A stretch of 64,000 nt of DNA, taken from contig OY969811.1 in assembly GCA_963703315.1 (NCBI GenBank), forward strand, positions 3,552,001 through 3,616,000, written 5' to 3'. The stretch is from an uncultured cyanobacterium (lineage in GTDB: Bacteria > Cyanobacteriota > Cyanobacteriia > Pseudanabaenales > Pseudanabaenaceae). Positions 20,197-30,170 of the stretch are shown here, one piece after another; the stretch's first letter is position 1; each line of letters opens with the position of its first letter. The notes under the pieces are model-generated. The model did no database searches, was not told where the DNA came from, and worked only from the letters and a program-made list of their open reading frames with translations. A program made the translations under genes and the position numbers.

Positions 20197-21357
20197 ATGA
20201 ATTATGACGCGATCGCGATTGGTGCTGGGTTATCGGGCTGTAGCGCCGCTATTCAATTAGCAAAACTCGGTTATCGAGTTCTCCTACTAGAGCAGAGTCA
20301 TTATCCCGTACACAAACTCTGTGGCGAGTTTCTCTCTGTTGAAGTTACCGCAGCATTTGAAAACTTAGGAATATTAGAACAGGTTCACAAAGTTGGCGCA
20401 CATCCTATTCATCGGGCTTATTTGACAACCTCTAGCGGTGCATCCTTTCGGAGTCAATTGCCTAGTACTGCCCTCGGACTCAGCCGCTATCAACTAGATC
20501 TGATGCTATTTGAACGTGCAAAAGCCTTGAATGTCACTTGTATCGACAATGCTAAGGTTACAGGTGTTACAGGAAACTTGACAGAAGGATTTACAGTTAG
20601 CACTAGCAAAGGAGAATTCTCTGGACGCTTAGTATTGGGCGCATTTGGAAAACGTTCTTCCCTCGATCGCACTCTGAATCGTTCATTTATCCAAAAGCGA
20701 TCGCCTTGGATTGCTTACAAAGGACATTTCACAGGTGTGGATATTGGTGATGTGATTGAATTGCATAGTTTCCCAAATGGATATTGTGGACTGTCACAAA
20801 TTGAAACAGGCGAAATTAATGTTTGTTGGATTGCCCATGAGCGCGTCATGAAAGAGCCAACGCATCCAGAATTAGGTATTCCTGAATCTCTAGCCAAAAA
20901 TTCTGTCCTCGCCGATCGCTTCCGTAATATGCAGCGAGTATCACCATCATTGCAAGGATTAAGTCAAATTAGCTTTGCGATGAAAGAGAACTTTCATCAT
21001 GATATTTGTATGATTGGTGATACAGCAGGCATGATCACGCCGCTATGTGGCGATGGCATGGCGATGGCGTTGCGATCATCGGAAATCGCTGTTCCCTTTG
21101 TCAGTCAGTTTCTCGAACAGCAAATTAGCGCGATCGCCTTTAAACAACAATATGCGATCGCATGGCAAAAGGAATTTCAAATGCGATTGCAATTAGGTCG
21201 GATTATGCATAATTGCTTTGTGCAGCCACCCCTTGCGAATATGGGCGTGAGTCTCTGTCAGATGGTTCCCGCCTTGGGAAATTGGATTATCGGCGCAACT
21301 CGTGGCAAACCCCAGCCATTACTCAACAGCGATTTTGCGAGTAATGCGCTCACCTAG
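20197..21357 (+). CDS. FAD-dependent oxidoreductase (geranylgeranyl-reductase/monooxygenase-like)
   Basis: GAGLSG, HKLCGEFLS, IGDTAGMITPLCGDGM. Confidence 0.88.
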   Translation: MNYDAIAIGAGLSGCSAAIQLAKLGYRVLLLEQSHYPVHKLCGEFLSVEVTAAFENLGILEQVHKVGAHPIHRAYLTTSSGASFRSQLPSTALGLSRYQLDLMLFERAKALNVTCIDNAKVTGVTGNLTEGFTVSTSKGEFSGRLVLGAFGKRSSLDRTLNRSFIQKRSPWIAYKGHFTGVDIGDVIELHSFPNGYCGLSQIETGEINVCWIAHERVMKEPTHPELGIPESLAKNSVLADRFRNMQRVSPSLQGLSQISFAMKENFHHDICMIGDTAGMITPLCGDGMAMALRSSEIAVPFVSQFLEQQISAIAFKQQYAIAWQKEFQMRLQLGRIMHNCFVQPPLANMGVSLCQMVPALGNWIIGATRGKPQPLLNSDFASNALT

Positions 21358-22590
21358 AGCTATGCCACAACCTGCGAGGAGAAAAGCGATCGCCGCTAGC
21401 AAAATCACATTCGGTGTCGAAATCATTTCCGCAGGTTTCGGCACTAAATAACCAAAAATCGCGATCGCCCCTGACAAACCACCAAAGAACATTCCCACAG
21501 TCAAACCACTTAGCGATTTGGGAACCATGGTCAGGGCAAAGGCAACCATGCCATTGTTCACCGCACTGAGACAGGCTAGCATCACGATAATGATCATGAT
21601 TGCGGCGATCGCGCCATAGCCCACCGTGAGCAAACCTAGCCCTGCGGCGATCCCCCCTAAGCTAAAGATCATCAAGCGTTTGTTATCTATCAATTTTGAG
21701 ATTGCACCAGTACCGAGCGCTAATAGTGCTTGGGTAATCAATGCCGATCCCATTAATACTTCAAAGGATAAACCTGTAAATCCTGTAAGGTCCGCTTTGA
21801 GAGTGCGGGGTAACACATCACCCATTAACAAACGTATGCCTAAACCGATCGCTGCACCAACAAATAGAACGATTGCTAAATTGCTCAAGCACTCTCGAAT
21901 CGGTAACGGTTCATTTTTTTCTAATTCGGGATTGAGATTTTTGGGAATATAGGTCATCGCACCTCGCAAACTTGCCACACTTGCTAGTAAAACAATTGAG
22001 GCGATCGTAAAAGTTGCAGGTGCGCCCAGCGACAAAATAAATTTTGTACCCAAAGGTTTGATCGAACCAACAAAACCACCCACTAGAGTTAAAACACTGC
22101 CTGCAAGGGGTAATTTTGTCGCTCCCGCAAAGATCCCCAGTAAACAAATGACAGGACTCCGAAAACTCGCCATGACCATTGCCCAGAGGATCGCTAAGCT
22201 GAGCAGAACTATGCGCGTAATCTCATTGGAACCACCGAAAATAGCAATGCAGGGCAAGCCAATAAATAAAGCTGTCGAGGCGATCGCTGCTGCCACAATA
22301 AATGGCATCCGTGAGCTATACCAACGTTGCCAGAGATCGGACAAACCGCCAAATAATGGCTCAACGATTACAGCGATCGCACTTTCAATTACTAATATCA
22401 GCGCTGTTAACTGTTGCGCTTGACTCGCGGAATAGCCAAAAACCTGTTCGATAAACTGCGGTAAATAGATCCCGTAAGCAATCCAAGTCAGAGACATGGC
22501 TCCCTGAACTGACGCTAAGCCCCATACTTGGAGCCAACGCACTTGGTTAGATGCTGGATTTGATCCCTGATTTGGTGGTGCGATCGCCAT
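21319..22590 (-). CDS. MFS-type transporter
   Basis: About 12 TMs, EPLFGGLSD...RMPFI loop motif; start placed at MAIAPP. Confidence 0.8.
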   Translation of the reverse strand: MAIAPPNQGSNPASNQVRWLQVWGLASVQGAMSLTWIAYGIYLPQFIEQVFGYSASQAQQLTALILVIESAIAVIVEPLFGGLSDLWQRWYSSRMPFIVAAAIASTALFIGLPCIAIFGGSNEITRIVLLSLAILWAMVMASFRSPVICLLGIFAGATKLPLAGSVLTLVGGFVGSIKPLGTKFILSLGAPATFTIASIVLLASVASLRGAMTYIPKNLNPELEKNEPLPIRECLSNLAIVLFVGAAIGLGIRLLMGDVLPRTLKADLTGFTGLSFEVLMGSALITQALLALGTGAISKLIDNKRLMIFSLGGIAAGLGLLTVGYGAIAAIMIIIVMLACLSAVNNGMVAFALTMVPKSLSGLTVGMFFGGLSGAIAIFGYLVPKPAEMISTPNVILLAAIAFLLAGCGIALGERITRKIAVE

Positions 22591-22646
22591 AAAGCTTTCC
22601 TTATTTGTGTCAGCTAATAGAGGAGCGAAAAGCGCCCCTCTATTAG

Positions 22647-23306
22647 TTAAAATTTCGTACAGCCTTGCATAGAAATAGTGCCATTGGGTAGCGTCGCACG
22701 GCAAAGATTAGCCTGACTCAGATCCACATCAGTGAGATTTGCTCCTGTCAAATCAGCGCGATAGAGATCTGCCCCCCTAAGTGTTGCTCCTGTTAAATCA
22801 GCACCATAGAGGCTAGCATTCCGCAAAGAGGCATTAGTGAGGTTGGCACGGTTGAGCTTGGCATAGACCAACTCGATATCAATCAAATTCGCGTTTTGTA
22901 AATTTGCATCGGTCAAGTCAGCATATTTCCAGCGACTATTCCGTGCATTTGCCCCAGACAAATTGGTTTGGATCAAATCGCTATTAATCAAGAAAGTGTT
23001 GCGAAGATCAGAGTTGCTGAGATCCGCACCTCGAAAATCAGCATAGTACATAGTGCTAAAAGCCAAAGTTGCCCCAGAAAGCACACTTCTTCGCAGATCC
23101 GCAACATCAAGGAATGATTCGCGCAGATTTGCCCCGCTAGCAGTGATGCCACTTAGTTCACAGCGTTGGCAAGTGCGGTGTTCTAGTAAAGACTTGAGGT
23201 GGTCGGCATTTTGCGCTTGTACGCTTGCTGCGCCAAGCGTCATCATGCTAGCAATGAGAGTGCTAGCGATCGCAGTCACGGAGTGAGTAAAGGCTGTTGA
23301 CTTCAT
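22647..23306 (-). CDS. Pentapeptide repeat protein with signal peptide
   Basis: A(D/N)LXX repeats, CQRCEL motif. Confidence 0.9.
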   Translation of the reverse strand: MKSTAFTHSVTAIASTLIASMMTLGAASVQAQNADHLKSLLEHRTCQRCELSGITASGANLRESFLDVADLRRSVLSGATLAFSTMYYADFRGADLSNSDLRNTFLINSDLIQTNLSGANARNSRWKYADLTDANLQNANLIDIELVYAKLNRANLTNASLRNASLYGADLTGATLRGADLYRADLTGANLTDVDLSQANLCRATLPNGTISMQGCTKF

Positions 23307-23654
23307 AAAAAAGTACCTATATTTAGCAATCCCTCTTTAATTGTTATCATACGCCCCCTCTCGGCAACACCGCAAAATGTAACAAAAAATAGAAAGTAAC
23401 CAAAACCCAAAAATTCTTCGTTAATTTGGATAAAAAGGCATTGCATCCGTTCATATACCTATTTGTTGATCACTCCTAATTTACAATCAAGTTACTACGG
23501 AAAAATAGTCACAAATAGAAGAAAAGTCTTATTCTTGAAATGTAATCGCATCCTCAGCGATCGCTGCCCAAACCAAGCGCAAGATATTTGTCTAAGATAA
23601 GCTATTTGTGGGCTAAGTCACCAGCAACCATAGACGTATTCGGGTAAAATTTAA

Positions 23655-23751
23655 TAAGACTTACGCAAAATGACAAAATGTAGAAGAAGAAAGTCATGAA
23701 TTACTCCTAACTACAAAATGCGGGTTTCAAGAGGTTTGTGAGTAAGTCCTA
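23655..23751. mobile_element. Degenerate MITE with GACTTACGCA...TG(C/A)GTAAGTCC ends
   Basis: taagacttacgca ... tgagtaagtccta; internal catgaattactcct shared with the copy at 53424. Confidence 0.6.
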
Positions 23752-23793
23752 ATTTAACCAAGATGGTTAGTATTTTAGAAAGGAAATCATATT

Positions 23794-25047
23794 TTGTCTA
23801 ACCCAGATTCCAACACAAATCAGCCTCGACTTTTATCATTCACCCTTGACGGTTGGTCTGTTTTGGGTGGTCGTGTTACTGTGTCTTTACACGATGGTGT
23901 TGCAGTATTAGTTGGTCTCAATGGATCTGGGAAATCAGCTATTATTGAAGGATTTGAAGCGATTTCATTATGTGCAATTGTCAAATCTAAGCAAGTTCCA
24001 TACAATAATGGCGACAGTATTCCCAAAATATTAGAAATCCAAGTTTTGACACCGACTGACCGTCTGATAGCATACAAGTTTGAACTTGTACAGACAACTA
24101 AACTCGATAAAAATTTGAATGTAGATACTTTTACGAGTGATAACTTAGAAGGAGACAATTTGTTGTGGAATGAACATTGTCAATATACTGATGGAGACAA
24201 TGAAATTTTGTGGACAACTACACATGGATTAACAAGTTATAAAAAAGCAGACGGTTCGATTGACACTTTTTTGGGCAATATGTATTCTGCTAGACAGCTA
24301 TATTATGTTAACAACTTATCATTAAATATTCCTAATGAGATTTATTGGATCAACACCGTTCTTACAGGCATTCGTCTAATTAATAAGACTTTTATTCGTC
24401 AAACGTCTGGTCGTAGAGAATCTTTACTAAAAGTATCCCCACGTGAAGTTATTTCCATTAATGGTATTAGTGGTATTAATGGTCTTTTAGAATTAGCAGA
24501 TAGCCTAGCCTTAAGAATACGTCGCATGGAGAGTAGAGAAGTTGACGAACTTAAAAGCATCTGCCAGCGAATCGGAATTGGAGAGATAACTGTCCAGAAA
24601 TTTATCTTAAGTGAACCTCTTAACGAAAAAGCCGAAAGAGAAGACAAAGAGTATATCTTGTCTGTGGAGTTAGATAGAGTTAATATCGGATTACTATCCG
24701 ATGGAACACTTAAAGTCTTATCTATTCTTATAGAGATAATTACTTTAAAGCCTAGTTCAACAATAATAATTGAGGAGCCTGAAGCACAGATTCATCCTGC
24801 GATGTTAGCAAGGTTACTCAATGAGATCGAGACTTATACTTACGGTCAAAATTTAATTGTTTCAACACATTCTCCACAAGTAGTCGCATGGACAAGCCCA
24901 GAAAAAATTAATCTAATTCATCGTAAGGATGGACAGACATTTGTTCGTAAATTAGGTGAAGATCAGATTCACAATGTCATCGAATATTTGTCTGAAGAAG
25001 GGGACTTCGGCGAATGGATTTACAGTGGTATTCTCGATGATGAGTAA
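23794..25047 (+). CDS. ABC-type ATPase (AAA_21/AAA_15-like, no TM)
   Basis: Walker A GLNGSGKS, signature LSDGT, Walker B IIIEEPE, H-loop STHS. Confidence 0.85.
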   Translation: MSNPDSNTNQPRLLSFTLDGWSVLGGRVTVSLHDGVAVLVGLNGSGKSAIIEGFEAISLCAIVKSKQVPYNNGDSIPKILEIQVLTPTDRLIAYKFELVQTTKLDKNLNVDTFTSDNLEGDNLLWNEHCQYTDGDNEILWTTTHGLTSYKKADGSIDTFLGNMYSARQLYYVNNLSLNIPNEIYWINTVLTGIRLINKTFIRQTSGRRESLLKVSPREVISINGISGINGLLELADSLALRIRRMESREVDELKSICQRIGIGEITVQKFILSEPLNEKAEREDKEYILSVELDRVNIGLLSDGTLKVLSILIEIITLKPSSTIIIEEPEAQIHPAMLARLLNEIETYTYGQNLIVSTHSPQVVAWTSPEKINLIHRKDGQTFVRKLGEDQIHNVIEYLSEEGDFGEWIYSGILDDE

Positions 25048-25615
25048 TATTAAAATCGCCTTAATTGCTGAGGATGAAACAGACTGTGCAGCAATTCGCA
25101 AAATTGTTCATCGTGTCCTTGGGACAGAAGTGGCAACCAAAAAATGGGCTTCTAACGGTTGTAGTACATTAAGGAAAAAGCTAACAGCAAAGCTGAAAGT
25201 GCTTTCCAGTGAAGGATGTAATATTTTTATTGTCGTTCATGATTTGGATCGTAATCCTCAGAATGTCTCCCTCAACAATGAGGCAGCATTGCGCTCAAAA
25301 CTAGAAGCATTATCCTCAGAAATTAAAAGTCTTAATAAACATATCTGTATTCCCATTGAAGAATTAGAAGCTTGGTTTTGGTCTGATCCCGAAGTTATCA
25401 AATATCTTGGTGGTGAAAAAGGGAAAGCGCATCCTAACCCTCACGAAATTAAATCTCCTAAAGAAAAACTAATAGAATTATCGAGAGATGCAAGTAGAAA
25501 GCCTCGTTACAGTACTAACGATAATGATAAATTGGCGACCATGTTAAATTTAGATCTATGTTCTAAACGATGTTCTTCATTTAGGGAGCTAGTCAAATTT
25601 TTGCGATCTCTCTAA
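25040..25615 (+). CDS. DUF4276-like protein (TOPRIM-like acidic motifs)
   Basis: LIAEDETD, VHDLD, IPIEELEAWFW, SPKEKL, CSSF; start overlaps the ATPase stop. Confidence 0.7.
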   Translation: MSNIKIALIAEDETDCAAIRKIVHRVLGTEVATKKWASNGCSTLRKKLTAKLKVLSSEGCNIFIVVHDLDRNPQNVSLNNEAALRSKLEALSSEIKSLNKHICIPIEELEAWFWSDPEVIKYLGGEKGKAHPNPHEIKSPKEKLIELSRDASRKPRYSTNDNDKLATMLNLDLCSKRCSSFRELVKFLRSL

Positions 25616-25661
25616 AACTTGTACTGAGAGTTTCTGGAGTTCATATACAGCGTAGTCCATT

Positions 25662-27179
25662 CTATACAAGTCCCAAAGAAGATGCAACCAAATGTCCACA
25701 GGCAAAGCCTGAAAATGCGACTGCATTTAAACCTTGACCGGGGAAAGTACTATCACCAACACAATATAAATCGGGAATAGAAGTTCTATTAAAAGGCATT
25801 CCCAAAAGACCTAAAGGCTTGCTCGCAGGAATAGGTCCATAAGTTCCATCGGCGCGACCGAGAAAGCGGCGATGACTGCGAGGAGTACCCACTTCTTGAT
25901 AGTCCAGACATTTTTCTAATTTGGGGAAAATTGCTAACAGGCGATCGCATAATTTCTCAGCCGCCGCATTTTTCTTCTGCTCATATTCCGAAGCAGATAA
26001 ACCTTCCCATTCGCTCATCCAACTAGGTGTGAAGGTATGCACAATGTGATAACCATCAGGCGCAAGCGATCGATCTAGCAAAGTAGGAATCGATACAAAA
26101 ATCGTGCCTTGTTCCTTCTGCATATCATTCCAATCTTCGAGCAAAATATGGTGACAGGCGGCATCATTAGGAATTGCGGAAGCTTCTACACCGAGATGTA
26201 AACTTAAGAAACTAGGGGATTTTTGATAGCGTGATTGCCATCTTTTTTCACCACTGGGCAGAGGTTCATCCTTGAGCAAGTTTCCAAATGTATCCCAACG
26301 TGTGGCATTGGAAACAACTTTCTTGGCATAGAGAATTTCGCCATTCGCCAGTTTCACGCCGATCGCCCCTTTACCCGACTTAGCTTTAGGAATAATCTGA
26401 GTAACTCTTGCGCCATAGCGAATTTCACCACCTGCTTTATCTAAACCTTCGGCAAGTTTTTCGGCAATCTTGCCCACACCGCCAACGGGATAGTTAATGC
26501 CCCCGTAATGGCGATCGCTAAAGACCATCCCTGCATTAATTGCAGGTGTGCGATCGGCGGGAACCACTGACCAGCAGTAGCATTCCATATCGATGAATTG
26601 CAACAACTCAGGATCGCGAATATATTTCTTGGCAATATCACCTGCATTTTGGGGCAGATAAGCAGCTAAGCCTAAACAAGCGAAGGGATTCTGGAAAAAT
26701 ACGCGCATCAAGTAGCGCCATTCTTCGAGGGACAGCAACTCGATCGCATTTAAGCAATTAAAAATCTTCCAACATTCATCATAAAACTTGCGAATCCCCT
26801 CACGCTCATGGGGAAAGCGATCGCCTAATTCTTTAATGAACTGCGCGTAGTCGCGATGCACCTCGATTTCCAGATTATTCGGCAAATGGTAATGGATCTG
26901 TACAGGATCGGGAATTGTCTCCATTTTCATATTCACCGCCGCCAATGCACGGGTGAGGAGGTTAGTCGTGCCGCGATCGCCAAAGCCAAAAATCATCGAT
27001 GCACCCACATCAAAGCGGTAGCCATTGCGCTCAAAACAGCCGCCACTGCCCCCCGCAATCAAGTAGCGCTCTAGGACAATTACGCTTGCCCCTTTCGCTG
27101 CTAATTGCGTGGCGGTGACTAATCCACCAATCCCTGAGCCAATTACAATTACGTCCGCATCGAGTGTTTGCGTCATCAC
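25662..27179 (-). CDS. crtH: Carotenoid isomerase
   Basis: [44 protein letters not shown]. Confidence 0.93.
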   Translation of the reverse strand: MMTQTLDADVIVIGSGIGGLVTATQLAAKGASVIVLERYLIAGGSGGCFERNGYRFDVGASMIFGFGDRGTTNLLTRALAAVNMKMETIPDPVQIHYHLPNNLEIEVHRDYAQFIKELGDRFPHEREGIRKFYDECWKIFNCLNAIELLSLEEWRYLMRVFFQNPFACLGLAAYLPQNAGDIAKKYIRDPELLQFIDMECYCWSVVPADRTPAINAGMVFSDRHYGGINYPVGGVGKIAEKLAEGLDKAGGEIRYGARVTQIIPKAKSGKGAIGVKLANGEILYAKKVVSNATRWDTFGNLLKDEPLPSGEKRWQSRYQKSPSFLSLHLGVEASAIPNDAACHHILLEDWNDMQKEQGTIFVSIPTLLDRSLAPDGYHIVHTFTPSWMSEWEGLSASEYEQKKNAAAEKLCDRLLAIFPKLEKCLDYQEVGTPRSHRRFLGRADGTYGPIPASKPLGLLGMPFNRTSIPDLYCVGDSTFPGQGLNAVAFSGFACGHLVASSLGLV

Positions 27180-27204
27180 ATTTCTGAATCAAAACTTTTT
27201 CTTA

Positions 27205-27400
27205 CTATAGCGTTTTATACAGACACACAAGATGTCTGAGCTATTTTGTGTGTCTGTATAAAACCTTTACTGGGTTTGACTTTTAATTCACAAAAGTGTG
27301 ACAAAACTTTTGTGAATTGGTATTACAGCCTGTATCTGTTTTCCAGAAAAATCTAAAAGCTGTGGCTCACGTTGAACGTGAGCCACAGCTTTTAGATTTT
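27205..27400. repeat. Cluster of three intergenic palindromes
   Basis: gttttatacagacacacaa...ttgtgtgtctgtataaaac; aattcacaaaagt...acttttgtgaatt; aaaatctaaaagctgtggctcacgtt-g-aacgtgagccacagcttttagatttt. Confidence 0.75.
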
Positions 27401-27454
27401 TAAAATTTTCTCCCCCCTGCAAAATATAAGACCCGCTATGCGAGTCTTATAACC

Positions 27455-27598
27455 TTAATGGCGATGGTAGCGTCGTGAGTTATTTCTTACTGGTATAGGA
27501 ATTAACTCGGGTTGGGGTTGATTTTGTCCCAAAAGGGATTCCAAAACACGATTTAGAATTTCGCCGATTTCTTTTAATGCTTTCTTAATCGCTTTCAC
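27455..27598 (-). CDS. Small 47-aa protein with PQPELIPIPVR motif (absent from ORF track)
   Basis: Manual translation MKAIKKALKEIGEILNRVLESLLGQNQPQPELIPIPVRNNSRRYHRH; GTG start, GGGAG upstream, hairpin at 27426-27450 downstream. Confidence 0.7.
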   Translation of the reverse strand: MKAIKKALKEIGEILNRVLESLLGQNQPQPELIPIPVRNNSRRYHRH

Positions 27599-27631
27599 TA
27601 TGCTTGGCTCCCTATCATCATCTAGGTTTAT

Positions 27632-28891
27632 TTACTTAATCATAACAAATCTTTTTCTAAACAAATCTAAAGCTGACATTACAGTTGCCTTTCTAATCCA
27701 ATTTCTACCTCTAGAGGGACTAAAACGTAGCTCGATCGCCTCAACATTGCCCAAATGATCAGCGATCCCCACATAAACTAAGCCCACAGGTTTAGTCTCA
27801 GTACCACCCGTTGGTCCCGCGATCCCCGTGATGCTGATCCCCCAATCAGATTTGAGTTTTGCTTTGACCCCGATCGCCATTTGTTCGGCAACGATCGCAC
27901 TAACGGCTCCATGCTGATCGAGAATTTGGCGATCGACATTGAGTAAATCAACTTTGACATCGTTGCTATAACTAATCACGCCACCGAGAAAATAACTGGA
28001 ACTCCCTGACACCTCAGTTAAAGTTTCGCCTAACCATCCCCCTGTGCATGATTCGGCAACGGCTAGAGTTTGACCACCCGCTTGCAAAAGTCTGCCAGCA
28101 ACAGTCGCCAGCGTATCGTCATCAGTGCCATAGCAAAATTCGCCCGTAAGTTCACGAATCTCCGCTTCAACGGGAGCGATTAAGGCGATCGCCTCTTCCT
28201 GCGTATTTGCACGAGCAGTGATCCGCAACCTTGCCTGTCCATAATTGGCGTATGGCGCAACGGTAGGATTTTTAAGATCAAATAAATGATTGACTTTAGT
28301 AGCTAGAGCAGACTCCGCAATGCCCCAGTACAGCAATACCTTCGAGTGAAATGTCCCCTGTCCGTAGTTTCTAGCTTGCAGCAAAGGTGCAGCCGTTTGC
28401 TCCCACATTGGATAAAGCTCACTCGGTACACCCGGAAAGGTGAGAATTAATAAATTAGGACGTGGTTCCCAGATCATCCCAGGGGCAGTACCAACGGGAT
28501 TATTTAAAATTTCGGCTCCCTTGGGCAATAAGGCTTGTTTACGATTGTTAGCCGTGAGTGTCCTGCCTGTTTGCGCTGCCATCTGCTGGATGCGCTCCCA
28601 AATTTCGGGACGTTCTTCGAGGGGCGTATTAAAAAATTTAGCGATCGCCTCAGTCGTCAGATCATCAGGCGTAGGTCCTAGTCCACCCGTAGTAATAATC
28701 AAGTTAGAGCGACTAGCCGCAATTTCTAGAGCCTGATGAATGCGATCGGGATTATCACCAACAACGGTTTGATAAAAATGAGGGACACCTAATAAGGCAA
28801 GTTGCTGTGCCAAGTACTGAGCATTGCTATTTAGAATCTCACCCAGCAATAACTCTGTACCAATGCAAAGGATTTCCGCGCCAACATTCAT
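27632..28891 (-). CDS. cinA: Competence/damage-inducible protein A (NMN deamidase fusion)
   Basis: IGTELLLG, TGGLGPTPDDLT, AVAESCTGG, SITGIAGP. Confidence 0.93.
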   Translation of the reverse strand: MNVGAEILCIGTELLLGEILNSNAQYLAQQLALLGVPHFYQTVVGDNPDRIHQALEIAASRSNLIITTGGLGPTPDDLTTEAIAKFFNTPLEERPEIWERIQQMAAQTGRTLTANNRKQALLPKGAEILNNPVGTAPGMIWEPRPNLLILTFPGVPSELYPMWEQTAAPLLQARNYGQGTFHSKVLLYWGIAESALATKVNHLFDLKNPTVAPYANYGQARLRITARANTQEEAIALIAPVEAEIRELTGEFCYGTDDDTLATVAGRLLQAGGQTLAVAESCTGGWLGETLTEVSGSSSYFLGGVISYSNDVKVDLLNVDRQILDQHGAVSAIVAEQMAIGVKAKLKSDWGISITGIAGPTGGTETKPVGLVYVGIADHLGNVEAIELRFSPSRGRNWIRKATVMSALDLFRKRFVMIK

Positions 28892-28945
28892 ATATCTTGA
28901 TCTCACTTGCTAAAAATAAAAGGGGCGCAAAACGCCCCTTTTATT

Positions 28946-29347
28946 TTAAACTTCTCGTCGTTTCGGCTTTTCAATATTGATCCGAGGACGCTCAACTTGT
29001 ACTTGTTGACGCTCTTCTGATTGCCGCTCTTCTGATCGCTCAGTATTTCGGTCTTGATAATCGTCAGAGTTGGCGTTAGGAGTAGGATCGAAAATCTCAA
29101 ATCTAGCGGTATGACCAGCTTCTTGAGCCGCAGTCATAACCACTGTCCGTATCGCTTGGATTGTCCGTCCCCCTCTACCAAAAATTCGCCCTCGATCTTC
29201 TGGATCGAAAGCAACTCTGATCCAGACGCGATCGCTGTTGCTATTTGACTCAAAATCTACCTTCAAGGCATCTGGATGAGCTAATAAAGGCTTCAGCAAA
29301 AAACTAATTAAGGCGTTGTAGTCTGGCACAAGCTTGGATTGGCACAA
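28946..29347 (-). CDS. KH-domain RNA-binding protein (KhpA-like)
   Basis: DRGRIFGRGGRTIQAIR; downstream of rpsP. Confidence 0.85.
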   Translation of the reverse strand: MCQSKLVPDYNALISFLLKPLLAHPDALKVDFESNSNSDRVWIRVAFDPEDRGRIFGRGGRTIQAIRTVVMTAAQEAGHTARFEIFDPTPNANSDDYQDRNTERSEERQSEERQQVQVERPRINIEKPKRREV

Positions 29348-29368
29348 ATTGAGAATTAATTCAGCTAA

Positions 29369-29617
29369 CTAGGCAGTAACAAGATCGAATACTTTAGCTT
29401 TTTCAAGGATGCGACGTACTGTGTCAGTAGGTTGAGCGCCTTGCTTAATGCGAGTAACGATCGCAGGTACATCTAGTTGGGTTTCTTTGGTGCGGGGGTT
29501 ATAGAAACCAAGCTCAGCGAGGGGACGACCATCGCGACGGCTGGTGCTATTTACGGCAACGATGCGATAGCTGGCTTCAAACTTTTTGCCAAATCGCTTT
29601 AATCTCAACTTCATCAT
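29369..29617 (-). CDS. rpsP: 30S ribosomal protein S16
   Basis: [30 protein letters not shown]. Confidence 0.97.
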   Translation of the reverse strand: MMKLRLKRFGKKFEASYRIVAVNSTSRRDGRPLAELGFYNPRTKETQLDVPAIVTRIKQGAQPTDTVRRILEKAKVFDLVTA

Positions 29618-29751
29618 GGGTTTATAGCTCTAATTTCTGCGTGATTCGGTTCAATATTTTAGCAGAATTATTATCCTAGCATTATTTAGAATATCTTTGA
29701 AAGCTATGTTTACAACTTAGCTGACATCCTTCGCATCTCTAGAATAGAACC

Positions 29752-29959
29752 GTAGGGGCAGAGCATTCCCGCAGAAACTTATAAATTTTTAGATAATCTT
29801 TTTTGGGGAATGCTCTGCCCAAAACCTCGCAACGCAGGGATAAATCACTGTAAAAGCACACTGTAAAAGCACACTGTAAAAGCACAGAGGGCTGAGCATT
29901 TGCGGATCGAGACTTCTGTGGTGAATTTTAAAATTGCGGCGCAAATGCTCAGCCCCTAC
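29752..29959. repeat. GTAG-type REP doublet (REPIN-like) with internal 13-mer tandem repeat
   Basis: gtaggggcagagcattccc...gggaatgctctgccc; (cactgtaaaagca)x3 at 29846; agggctgagcatttgcg...cgcaaatgctcagcccctac. Confidence 0.7.
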
Positions 29960-29978
29960 GTTTTTTTATGAAAAGACT

Positions 29979-30006
29979 TTGACAATAGAAAAATCAATGC
30001 TATGAT
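29979..30006 (+). promoter_or_regulatory. Sigma70-like promoter of tRNA-Gly
   Basis: TTGACA-16 nt-TATGAT with an extended TG. Confidence 0.6.
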
Positions 30007-30062
30007 TACTAACTGCGTAAGACAAATGTAAATTTGTAAGTAACAAGTTTACGAATGAATTT

Positions 30063-30133
30063 GCGAATGTAGTTTAGTGGTAAAACCTCTGCCTTCCAAG
30101 CAGATGTTGCGGGTTCGATTCCCGCCATTCGCT
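30063..30133 (+). tRNA. tRNA-Gly(TCC)
   Basis: GCGAATG acceptor / CATTCGC; anticodon arm tctgc-cTTCCaa-gcaga read as loop cttccaa; GGTTCGATTCC T-arm. Confidence 0.95.
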
Positions 30134-30140
30134 TAATACT

Positions 30141-30170
30141 AAAAAAAGCTGCACATAGTGCAGCTTTTTT
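30141..30170. terminator. Bidirectional intrinsic terminator
   Basis: aaaaaaagctgcac-ata-gtgcagctttttt between convergent tRNA and tcdA. Confidence 0.7.

Noticed and set aside
23379..23392. NtcA-like site upstream of the pentapeptide gene
   Set aside because: GTA-N8-TAG is an imperfect match in AT-rich DNA with no supporting context.
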